NCBI GenBank assembly: GCA_902801795.1
Contig: CADCJQ010000010.1
Location: 2,358-66,357, forward strand
DNA length: 64,000 bases
Reading direction: 5' to 3'
DNA from: an uncultured Erysipelotrichaceae bacterium
Lineage (GTDB): Bacteria; Bacillota_I; Bacilli_A; RF39; UBA660
Shown in pieces: positions 12,029 through 20,379 of the stretch. The translations under genes and the position numbers were made by a program. Below the pieces are notes generated by a model. The model was not told where the DNA came from, ran no database searches, and saw nothing but the letters and a program-made list of their open reading frames with translations. The number at the start of each line of letters is the position of its first letter. Position 1 is the first letter of the stretch.

Positions 12029-13123
12029 CTATTTTGATATTGTTTTAGTTTTAATATCATATATAATTTCAACTGTTCTATCTTGTTTATCATCCAAATT
12101 AATCTTAATTTTCCCATTTTCCATCGGGAAAATAGCTACCTCACCTTCTGCACAAGGTAGGCCATTATATTCACTTGTTGTTCCAATCTTTATTGGTTTT
12201 AAATTTTCTACATTTGAATCAATAAAGAATATCTCACCATTACTAACAATTATAATATAAACACCTGTATCATCTGCCATTGCACCAATATCATAATATT
12301 CTGCCAAATTATATACTTCACTCGATTTAAAAACAATTTTACCATTAGAATCATACTTAACAATATTACCATCTAAAATATAAAAATTCTTTTTATCTGC
12401 TACTATATAATTAGTTCCTATTTTATTTAAATTTTCATCATAAATTACAACATCTCCATTGCCACATATATACTCCCTAAAATAGTAGTTATCATTAAAT
12501 TTAATTATGTCTAATAAATTTTTTGTATACAAGTCAACTAATGAATTAGTTTCTAAATTTACAATATAACTATATTCACCACATTGACTACTAACACCAA
12601 TTTCATATCCTTCAACCAATAAATATTTACCAAGTTTAGCAATACCTGCACCAATTTTTTTACCATTAAAATATGCATAATAATCTTCTTCACTTGGCTC
12701 AATAATTAATTCGTTTTTACTATTTTTTGATTTATATATTACTTTCTCAGTTATTTTATACTGTTTTAAATATTCTTCTCCAATATCTTGACTTGCAACG
12801 CTATTATTTGACTTTGGCGTAGGAGACGGTGTTGGTGTTGAACTTTTATTTGAATCATGTTTTGTAGGAGATGTCGTTGCCAAATCATTCTCTTTTTCAT
12901 TTTGCTTTGAATTATTATTATCCTGTTCTTGCATATTATTGTGTTTAGCTTCAGAATTATCAATTTTTTGGAGAAATTTAATATACACAATATACCATAT
13001 TAAAGTAATAATAATCCCAACAATTATTACCAATACTATTTTATTAGTATTATTATTTGGCATTTGCTGATTCAAATTATTATCTGTATTTACTTGATTA
13101 TTTAAGTTTTTATCATTTTCCAT
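12029..13123 (-). CDS. Hypothetical membrane-anchored protein
   Basis: 364 aa; single N-terminal TM helix, low-complexity N/T/P linker, beta-rich extracellular domain. Confidence 0.75.
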   Translation of the reverse strand: MENDKNLNNQVNTDNNLNQQMPNNNTNKIVLVIIVGIIITLIWYIVYIKFLQKIDNSEAKHNNMQEQDNNNSKQNEKENDLATTSPTKHDSNKSSTPTPSPTPKSNNSVASQDIGEEYLKQYKITEKVIYKSKNSKNELIIEPSEEDYYAYFNGKKIGAGIAKLGKYLLVEGYEIGVSSQCGEYSYIVNLETNSLVDLYTKNLLDIIKFNDNYYFREYICGNGDVVIYDENLNKIGTNYIVADKKNFYILDGNIVKYDSNGKIVFKSSEVYNLAEYYDIGAMADDTGVYIIIVSNGEIFFIDSNVENLKPIKIGTTSEYNGLPCAEGEVAIFPMENGKIKINLDDKQDRTVEIIYDIKTKTISK

Positions 13124-13176
13124 ACATACCTCTCTACTATATTTAAATTATATCAATTTACATTATTAATGTAAAC

Positions 13177-13204
13177 AAAAAACGTAACTTTAACTACGTT
13201 TTTC
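13177..13204. terminator. Bidirectional intrinsic terminator-like hairpin
   Basis: AAAAACGTA-N8-TACGTTTTT inverted repeat with A and T flanks. Confidence 0.6.
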
Positions 13205-13294
13205 ATTACTTCTTGTATACCATATTAATATTTTTTTTGGAAATTTAATTTATTACAATTGTTATATTGATAATTATATTTTATTATTAAAGTT

Positions 13295-13357
13295 ATGAAT
13301 CTTATTGCTATAATTATATTATTATTTACCTTATTAGTACTAGCAATACAAAAATAG
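13295..13357 (+). CDS. Possible 20-aa hydrophobic peptide (type I toxin-like), MNLIAIIILLFTLLVLAIQK
   Basis: Hand translation; stop codon overlaps an antisense terminator hairpin; no clear RBS. Confidence 0.35.
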   Translation: MNLIAIIILLFTLLVLAIQK

Positions 13358-13435
13358 ACACCCAATAGACTGAGTGCCAACAAATTTAATTGAGGCGGAC
13401 ATTCACTTACAAAACTGAATGTTCCACTTTTTTAT
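13349..13435 (-). ncRNA. Candidate antisense antitoxin sRNA
   Basis: Three consecutive hairpins ending in GGCACTCAGT-CT-ATTGGGTGTC plus T-rich tail; TATAAT immediately upstream. Confidence 0.4.
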
Positions 13436-13450
13436 TATAATCAAGTTCTT

Positions 13451-14878
13451 TTAATATTGAATACCCCAAACGACATGATATTTTGCTTCTTTACCACAGC
13501 AAACACACTTATCATCAATTTTTTTACCATCTTCAACAATACATCTTGATTTACAACCTTTAATTTCTTTAATTTTTAATTCACAAGACTCATCACCACA
13601 CCACATAGCATGAATAAATCCTGGTTGTGTATTTAATATTTTTTCCATATCAGTTAAATTATGTGCTTCAAAAGTTAATTTATTTTGTCTTTCTAAAGCC
13701 TTATTATACATATCTTTTTGAATTGTTTCTAATAAATTAGTTATATATTCAACCGTTAATTCATCCTTTTTAATATTAATTTTTTCTCTTGTATCACGTC
13801 TTGCTACCGTAACAGTTCCATTTACTAAATCTCTTGCACCAATTTCTATTCTAATTGGTATACCATTAACTTCAGCTTCAGCAAATTTAAATCCTGGATT
13901 TTTTTCTGAATTATCAATATAACTTACGACATTATTGTCATTTAATTTTTTATTAAATTCACAACATAAGTTATTAACTTCCGTATTATCTTTACCAATT
14001 GGAATAATAACTACTTGCTTTGGCGCAATTCTTGGTGGAAGTACTAAACCATAATCATCTGCATGAACCATGATAATTGCTGCAATCATTCTTGTAGTTT
14101 TTCCCCAAGTTGTGTAATAAGCATATTCATCTTTGTTATCTTTATTTGTAAATTTAACATCATATGCTTTACTAAATTTTTGACCAAAGTAATGACTTGT
14201 TCCATCTTGTAAACATACACCATTATACATTAAATCTTCACAAGTAATAGTATATTCAGCACCAGCAAATTTTTCTTTTTCCGTCTTTTTACCAGAAATA
14301 GAAGGAATAGCTAAAATTTCATGATTAAACCACATATATACATCCATCATTCTTTTAGTTTCCCATTCAGCTTCTTCAGCAGTTGCATGAACTGTATGTC
14401 CTTCTTGCCATAAAAATTCTCTACTTCGAAGAAAAGGTCTTGTTTCTTTTTCATATCTAAATACATTACACCATTGATTATAAAGTTTTGGTAAATCTCT
14501 ATAAGAAGTAAGATGTTTTTTATAATAATCACAAAAAACCGTTTCAGAAGTAGATCTTATTGCATATCTATCCTCTAATTTTCTATCCCCTACTTCCGTT
14601 GCCCAAACTAATTCTGGAGCAAATCCTTCTATCAATTCTTTTTCTTGATTAAACAAATGTTCAGGAATTAACATTGGCATTTGTACATTAACATGACCCA
14701 TTTCTTTAAATTTCTTATCTAATATTGACTGTATTCTTTCCCATATTGCATATCCATTAGGTTCAATTGCAATACATCCTTTAACAGAAGTATAATCAGC
14801 AAGTTTTGCCGCTCTTACTACATCTGTATACCATTTTGCAAAATCAGTATCTCTCGATGTAATACTTTCATTTTTCAT
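13451..14878 (-). CDS. proS: Proline--tRNA ligase (archaeal/eukaryotic-type)
   Basis: FAKWYTDVV, LYNQWCNVFRYE, TRPFLRSREFLWQEGHT, C-terminal Zn-binding CVCCG; start after GGTGA RBS. Confidence 0.97.
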   Translation of the reverse strand: MKNESITSRDTDFAKWYTDVVRAAKLADYTSVKGCIAIEPNGYAIWERIQSILDKKFKEMGHVNVQMPMLIPEHLFNQEKELIEGFAPELVWATEVGDRKLEDRYAIRSTSETVFCDYYKKHLTSYRDLPKLYNQWCNVFRYEKETRPFLRSREFLWQEGHTVHATAEEAEWETKRMMDVYMWFNHEILAIPSISGKKTEKEKFAGAEYTITCEDLMYNGVCLQDGTSHYFGQKFSKAYDVKFTNKDNKDEYAYYTTWGKTTRMIAAIIMVHADDYGLVLPPRIAPKQVVIIPIGKDNTEVNNLCCEFNKKLNDNNVVSYIDNSEKNPGFKFAEAEVNGIPIRIEIGARDLVNGTVTVARRDTREKINIKKDELTVEYITNLLETIQKDMYNKALERQNKLTFEAHNLTDMEKILNTQPGFIHAMWCGDESCELKIKEIKGCKSRCIVEDGKKIDDKCVCCGKEAKYHVVWGIQY

Positions 14879-14948
14879 ATTTATCACCAACCTGTTACAA
14901 TTATACCATATATTTCGTAATTATATACTTTTCTTTTACATAAATATC

Positions 14949-15075
14949 AAAAAAATCAATCATTTCTGATTGATATCTATCTAAAAATTCGAACAGACTC
15001 GTCAATGATGCCAATTAGGTGAAGATTCCATAACCAATTCTTTATTATGCAGCAATAAATTCACTAACTGATTTA
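14949..15075 (-). ncRNA. Candidate structured small RNA ending in an intrinsic terminator
   Basis: Relatively GC-rich, ORF-less stretch with hairpins; terminator ATCAATCA-GAAA-TGATTGAT-T7 at 14949..14974. Confidence 0.4.
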
Positions 15076-15215
15076 ATTACAAAATAATATAATTTAATTT
15101 ATTTTCTACAATAAACTTGTTTTATTAAAAATATTATGTAATAATGTCTTTAGGAATATCTAGTTATATAGGTACTATTCCCCTTTACTTTTTTGAAGTG
15201 AAAGGGGGTGACATT

Positions 15216-15308
15216 ATGAGAAAAACTGAGAAATATCTTTGTACTATCATAATACTCCTTATTATTGTGATTTTAATCTTTCTAATAAAAATAGTACCAA
15301 CTGTATAA
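15216..15308 (+). CDS. 30-aa type I toxin-like membrane peptide, MRKTEKYLCTIIILLIIVILIFLIKIVPTV
   Basis: Strong RBS (AAAGGGGGTG) locked in a hairpin with CCCTTTACTT; single TM helix; terminator at 15330..15372. Confidence 0.75.
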   Translation: MRKTEKYLCTIIILLIIVILIFLIKIVPTV

Positions 15309-15375
15309 GTCGGTACTAGACTCTTTATAGGGAATAGTACCTAGCACACAAAAACTAGGTATTCCCTTTTTTATT
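15285..15375 (-). ncRNA. Candidate type I antitoxin RNA
   Basis: Antisense terminator TAGTACCGACT-TATAC-AGTTGGTACTA-TTTTT overlapping the toxin stop codon; TATAAT upstream. Confidence 0.6.
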
Positions 15376-15629
15376 ATATTCAAGTTCCCTTGACACATTC
15401 ATGATATCATAAAAAAGAACTTTTTTCAAGTTCATTTATTACACTCAAGAACAAAATATCCGAGTTTCATACTAATATGGTGCGATACAAGAGCCTATTT
15501 TGAACACTTATATCTAAAAGAACAACTAATAAATATCAGTTCTATATATAATATACCACATTTTTTACTATTAGTATATAAAATCATGTATTTTACAATA
15601 TAATAAAAGACAGATTATTGCTCTGCCTA

Positions 15630-16568
15630 TTATTTTTTTCTTTTTACTGGTAAATCACCATCAAATGTTTCAGTATCTATTTCATTCATGGCTTTTTTCA
15701 TCATTTTTATAGAACGAATTCCCATCAATAATGCTATTTTTGTATATTTTAGTTTGGAAATACCAAGCAATTCACACATTTCTTTTATTTTTTCATCATT
15801 TTTTGATTTATCATTTCTATCATAACCAGCAATACCATATATTGCTCCCATTAACCATATTTTTTGTTCTATTTCTTTAAAACCGCCAAAAAATTGTTTT
15901 GTTTCTTCATCTGGAAAATCAATTAAAGATGTGTCTCCATTTCTCAATTGATTCATTAAATAATCCTTTGTAACTACCATCATATCACGTTTTAAATTAT
16001 TAATAATATCTTTTTCATTATAACCTTTTTCTAAACTATCTTTTAAATATTCTTCTAGTTTAATTGATAGCATATCTAAAATGCTATGTCTTAATCCTTT
16101 ACTATTTTCTTCACCATATAAATCAATAGTAGTAAGGAACATATTATTTATATATTCTCTAAATTGAGTCATAATATTAACTTTTGTATCTAATGAAATT
16201 GAATTAAATTTTTCGATTACATTTACATACTCACTGGCTTCAATAAATGAATTTAATTCATTTTCAAAAGTTTTAATAATTCCTTTTGCTTGCGGCATAC
16301 TAGATAATCTACTTTTTTTAAGCATTTGAAAATAAACTCTCATGAATTGTTCCGCACTAACACTTATATTATCTTGTAAATTTAGTCCAGCAACAACTAA
16401 TTCAAAAGTCTTTTCCATAAATGGTGCATAGTGTTGTATAAAATAATCATCTGCATGACCTAGTATATCATTATAAAATTCATTGTATAGTGAAAAAATC
16501 ATAAGTTTTTCGTTAATACAATTATTTGAGTTAATTAATTCAAGTTCTTTCTTAAAATTTTTAATCAT
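15630..16568 (-). CDS. Hypothetical helical protein
   Basis: 312-aa ORF with GGGGGG RBS; no motif recognised. Confidence 0.7.
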   Translation of the reverse strand: MIKNFKKELELINSNNCINEKLMIFSLYNEFYNDILGHADDYFIQHYAPFMEKTFELVVAGLNLQDNISVSAEQFMRVYFQMLKKSRLSSMPQAKGIIKTFENELNSFIEASEYVNVIEKFNSISLDTKVNIMTQFREYINNMFLTTIDLYGEENSKGLRHSILDMLSIKLEEYLKDSLEKGYNEKDIINNLKRDMMVVTKDYLMNQLRNGDTSLIDFPDEETKQFFGGFKEIEQKIWLMGAIYGIAGYDRNDKSKNDEKIKEMCELLGISKLKYTKIALLMGIRSIKMMKKAMNEIDTETFDGDLPVKRKK

Positions 16569-16829
16569 TTAACCCCCCCTTTGAATGCTGTATATAATAG
16601 CATATTATTGTTATTTTGTCAAATTTATTCTATTTTACTGATGATATTAATACTACTGGCACCTTATTAATTCTAAATAATAAAATATAATTAAATTATC
16701 TTTCCATCTCATCTATTTAACCCCCTTAAATAGATAGTTATCTCTGATTGGCTTATATTCTATCACTTTTTCATAAAATGTCAAATATTTGGCTTAAAAT
16801 CTTTATTTAAAATGGAATTGATAAGTTAT

Positions 16830-17101
16830 TTAAATACTTTTAATGTATTCTTCTAAATCTTTAATTAATATCTTATTACTTAAATTTTCTATATAGATAT
16901 TTGTTTCATAATTAAATGCTAAAAATGTTATTCCTTTAATAATTATTCTATGTGGTTCAACATAAGAAAGATTAGTTCTTTCTATTGTTCTGATTGAGCC
17001 TTTCTTAATTTCACACTTGGTATTACAAAAACTACATATAAACTCTAATTTTTTTTTAGTGCTTCTTCAATCTCTAAATCTTCTTTAATAATATTTACCA
17101 T
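16830..17101 (-). pseudogene. ~90-aa ORF frameshifted at an A9 tract (CxxCxxxC motif)
   Basis: RBS plus ATG at 17101; adding one A to the A9 run gives an open frame MVNIIKEDLEIEEALKKKLEFICSFCNTKC...KSI*. Confidence 0.6.
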
Positions 17102-17127
17102 TAAATCTTCCCTTTCTTTCACACAAC

Positions 17128-17156
17128 AAAAAATCAATTCCATTTCTAGAATTGAT
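17128..17156 (-). terminator. tmRNA terminator
   Basis: ATCAATTC-N8-GAATTGAT followed by T tract on minus strand. Confidence 0.75.
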
Positions 17157-17198
17157 ATTTATTAGTAAATTGAACCTAAGTTCAACCAGATTCTTTAA

Positions 17199-17539
17199 TG
17201 GTGGAGCTGAGGAGAATCGAACTCCTGTCCAAAATTACTGATAAATAGATTACTACAAGCTTAGTTAATTAAGAAATTTCACTATATAAGAAGCTAATTA
17301 ACAAACCAATATATAGCTAGTTTAGTTAAATTCATTATTTTACCTAAACAATAAAATAATATAGTCTACTAAAGATAAATCCCAGTAAATTCTCGTAGAC
17401 AAAGAAATTAAAGGAACGCTCTGCACTCTAAATTAGGCAAAAGCTAAAGCATTTCTGTTTCCAGATATTTGTAAATTTAACGTATTTCTACGACTTGCAA
17501 TCTAAGTCCACATAATCCTGTCGAAACCAAATCAGCCCC
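17199..17539 (-). ncRNA. ssrA: tmRNA; tag peptide (A)GNRNALAFA*
   Basis: 5' GGGGCTGATTTGGTTTCGAC, 3' GGAGTTCGATTCTCCTCAGCTCCACCA, internal ORF GGA AAC AGA AAT GCT TTA GCT TTT GCC TAA; promoter TAGACA-18-TATAAT. Confidence 0.96.
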
Positions 17540-17564
17540 GTATTTACATTATAACATAAAAAGA

Positions 17565-18257
17565 CTAGTTATGTCTAGTCTTCGTAATCATTTTAACATA
17601 CTTCTTATTAGTATTTAATTCTCTTTTTTGTATTCTTAAGAGTTTTCCTCTTTCTTCTAATAACATCTTAACATTCTTTGCTTGTTCAAATTTAGCAATG
17701 TCATCAACAAAATTAACTCTTTCTTCTTCTCTTATTCTTTCTTCATCAGGATAATCATAGATATATTCACCTTTAAGTAATAAGACATTTATTCCCTTAG
17801 CAAGTCCCCATCTTCTGAAGTTATGTAAACTATCTTCAATTAAAATAGCATCAACAGGATTAACAATTTCATCTTTATGTTCTTTTAATTTTAAAGTAAT
17901 AACTTCTATTCCAGGTAAAACTCTAGCAAAAAAGATTCTTTTAGCATCTTCTTCAGTTGGATTACCACCTAATTTAGTTAATATTTTAACATTATATTTA
18001 CCTGTATTAATTATTGCTTTAATTTTACTTATGGAATTATCAAGTTCTCCAGCTTCTTGAATAAGATAAGTCCAATCTACTCTTAAAAAGAATTCATGTA
18101 ATTCATCAAAATCATTAGGATTATAGCCTGCTTCTTTAGCAAGACGTCTTGCTGTTGCTATAGTATCAAGAATAACACCATCACAATCAAAATAAAGATT
18201 TACTTTCTTTTTGAAATATAGTCTATTATCTTTTTTTACAATATACCCTACTGCCAT
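17565..18257 (-). CDS. HAD-superfamily hydrolase-like protein
   Basis: Motif I YFDCDGVILDT and motif IV LIEDS; GGAGG RBS. Confidence 0.75.
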   Translation of the reverse strand: MAVGYIVKKDNRLYFKKKVNLYFDCDGVILDTIATARRLAKEAGYNPNDFDELHEFFLRVDWTYLIQEAGELDNSISKIKAIINTGKYNVKILTKLGGNPTEEDAKRIFFARVLPGIEVITLKLKEHKDEIVNPVDAILIEDSLHNFRRWGLAKGINVLLLKGEYIYDYPDEERIREEERVNFVDDIAKFEQAKNVKMLLEERGKLLRIQKRELNTNKKYVKMITKTRHN

Positions 18258-18269
18258 AACCAAAACCTC

Positions 18270-18626
18270 CTACTTATGATACTCTTTCTCTTCACGAAGT
18301 AACATCTTTTCAATTAATAGATGTTCTTTAGATGAGTCTTTCAAATAATTTCCACTACTTCTTATAGTTCTTATAGAAAACTTTCCATTTAGTACATTCA
18401 TTCTTGATGAATATCGCATAATTTCTTCAATATTTTGATCATCTAAAATAAATTTTAATGCCTCATATTCATTTTTTAAATTAAAATATTGAATAAATTC
18501 ATCATAACTTAAAAACCTAGCATTAATATTATTTAAACGAAATTTTAAAGATGTAGGTAACTTTTTTCCCTCATTAATTTCTTTAAATACCCCAGAAACA
18601 ATTTCAAATAATGATTTACTTTCCAT
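18270..18626 (-). CDS. Hypothetical protein
   Basis: 118-aa ORF with GGGGGAG RBS, operonic with the next gene. Confidence 0.65.
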   Translation of the reverse strand: MESKSLFEIVSGVFKEINEGKKLPTSLKFRLNNINARFLSYDEFIQYFNLKNEYEALKFILDDQNIEEIMRYSSRMNVLNGKFSIRTIRSSGNYLKDSSKEHLLIEKMLLREEKEYHK

Positions 18627-18687
18627 TTTCTCCCCCTTTTTTATCTTGCTTATTATACCACATTTTCACAAAAAAAGAAAGATTTTT

Positions 18688-19440
18688 TTATTTTTCTTTC
18701 CTTTTTTGAATATTATAAGTTATTTTTCTTATCATTTTTCTTGTTCCAAAACGTCTTAAAAACATCGTTAATTTCATTTTAAAACCTGGAACAATAACAA
18801 CCTTACCTTTAAACATACTATCAATAGCATAATGCGCTACCTCATCAGATGATAATGGTTTAACTGAAAACTCGACATTTGCAGTATTATTAAAATTAGT
18901 ATCAACAGGACCTGGGCATAAACTACATACAAAAACATTACTCTTTTCTCTTCTTAATTCTTCATTTATGGCTTCTGATAAATTATTAACATATGCTTTA
19001 GTAGCATAATAAGTTGCCATAAGAGGACCTGGTCCAAATGCTGCCATACTAGCAACATTTAAAATATATCCACTATTTCTTTTTTGCATATCACGAAGAA
19101 ATAATTTCGTTAATAAGTGAACTGCTTCAATATTTGTATGAATCATTTCTAATTCTTTATTAATATCTGTTTCATAAAATTTTCCAAATAAGCCAAAACC
19201 TGCATTATTAATTAAAATATCAATATCATCACTTTTAGTCATAACATAAACTTCTTTAACTCTAGTTATGTCTGACAAATCAGCAATAATAATTTTACTT
19301 TCAACAGACAAACTCTTTTGAAGTTCTTCTAATTTTGTTTTATCTCTTCCTACTAAAATTAATTGATATCCTAGTGATGCAAGATATTTTGCCATACTTC
19401 TACCTATTCCACTAGACGCTCCTGTTATTAATGCTTTCAT
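18688..19440 (-). CDS. Short-chain dehydrogenase/reductase
   Basis: TGASSGIG, NNAGFG, YYATK motifs. Confidence 0.95.
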   Translation of the reverse strand: MKALITGASSGIGRSMAKYLASLGYQLILVGRDKTKLEELQKSLSVESKIIIADLSDITRVKEVYVMTKSDDIDILINNAGFGLFGKFYETDINKELEMIHTNIEAVHLLTKLFLRDMQKRNSGYILNVASMAAFGPGPLMATYYATKAYVNNLSEAINEELRREKSNVFVCSLCPGPVDTNFNNTANVEFSVKPLSSDEVAHYAIDSMFKGKVVIVPGFKMKLTMFLRRFGTRKMIRKITYNIQKRKEK

Positions 19441-19556
19441 TTTATCACCTAATATAATTATACCAAATATTTCCTAAAATATCTAGGTATTAATAACACA
19501 CATTTACATTTATTTAGAATAATTTATATTAGATAACAAATAAAGGAGAGGATTAT

Positions 19557-19940
19557 ATGAATAATGAGAATTGTTTAGCCAATATTTTACGTGTAATAAA
19601 TGTCTTACAAAATAATGCTGAAGATAAGTGTGATACTAATAATAGTTGTACAAGACCATTTTTAGGTGATATCCCTAGTATTGTTTGTTTTAATACTAGA
19701 TTAGTTACCTTCTATCGTTGTGATAATACCCTTGTAACACTTCCATATACTTTTGAAGGACTAAGTGGAACAACAACTATTTTTCGTGTAGAAAATGTCA
19801 CAGATACTTCTGTTACAGTAAGATTAATTAGAGATAATACCGATGGTACATATACCAACACTAATACTTTTGCCACAATTAATTTAGGATGTATTTGTGC
19901 AATTCGTTGTATTGGAGACGTTAATCTTTTAAATGTCTAA
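19557..19940 (+). CDS. CotY/CotZ-like spore coat (crust) protein
   Basis: Cys-rich; CLANILRVINVLQ...NTRLVTFY...IFRVENV...INLGCICAIRC layout matches the CotY/CotZ family. Confidence 0.75.
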   Translation: MNNENCLANILRVINVLQNNAEDKCDTNNSCTRPFLGDIPSIVCFNTRLVTFYRCDNTLVTLPYTFEGLSGTTTIFRVENVTDTSVTVRLIRDNTDGTYTNTNTFATINLGCICAIRCIGDVNLLNV

Positions 19941-19953
19941 GAAAGGAGGATTT

Positions 19954-20346
19954 ATGAATAATAATTTAAATATAAGTGAAACACTTAATTTTATTTTAAC
20001 TCTACAAAAGAATGCATGTTGTAATAATGAAAACTGTACTGAAGGTTGTACTCGTCCTTTCTTAGGACCTACATCTACTTTAGTATGTTTTAATACAAGA
20101 CCGGTTACATTATTTACATGTTGTACAGGAACAAATTGGGTATTTCCATATGAAATAAATGGAACCGAAGGTACAAGTACTGTCTTTAGAGTAGAAAATG
20201 TTGAAGGTAATTGCGCTACTTTTAGAGTACTTATTCCTAATACTATTGGTGATGAAACAACATATACTTTAAGTAACTCATATTTTACAATTGATTTATC
20301 ATGCGTTCTAGCACTTCAATGCTTACCTGATGCTTATGTAATTTAA
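19954..20346 (+). CDS. CotY/CotZ-like spore coat (crust) protein, paralog
   Basis: NTRPVTLF...VFRVENVEGNCATFRVL...IDLSCVLALQC; start after AAGGAGG RBS. Confidence 0.75.
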   Translation: MNNNLNISETLNFILTLQKNACCNNENCTEGCTRPFLGPTSTLVCFNTRPVTLFTCCTGTNWVFPYEINGTEGTSTVFRVENVEGNCATFRVLIPNTIGDETTYTLSNSYFTIDLSCVLALQCLPDAYVI

Positions 20347-20372
20347 AAAGACCCAAAAGGTCTTTATTTTTA
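20347..20372. terminator. Bidirectional terminator
   Basis: AAAGACC-CAAAA-GGTCTTT between convergent genes. Confidence 0.75.
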
Positions 20373-20379
20373 TTATTAA

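Noticed and set aside
14985-15050. Resemblance to fluoride riboswitch (GGTTATGGAA...CACC) and glmS ribozyme (TTGACGAG)
   Set aside because: Pseudoknot partner and AGCGCC core are missing, and the downstream gene context does not fit
14880-15100. T-box for proS
   Set aside because: No GGTGGTACC/GGTGGCACC antiterminator motif found upstream of proS
15478-15505. tRNA-3'-end-like text (minus strand GTTCAAAATAGGCTCTTGTATCGCACCA) as an att remnant
   Set aside because: No cloverleaf can be built and it does not match the tmRNA end; too short to support
16640-16735. Perfect hairpin ATCTATTTAA-CCCCC-TTAAATAGAT with a 19-codon minus-strand ORF as a third TA cassette
   Set aside because: The peptide lacks a convincing TM stretch and no convergent antisense terminator was found
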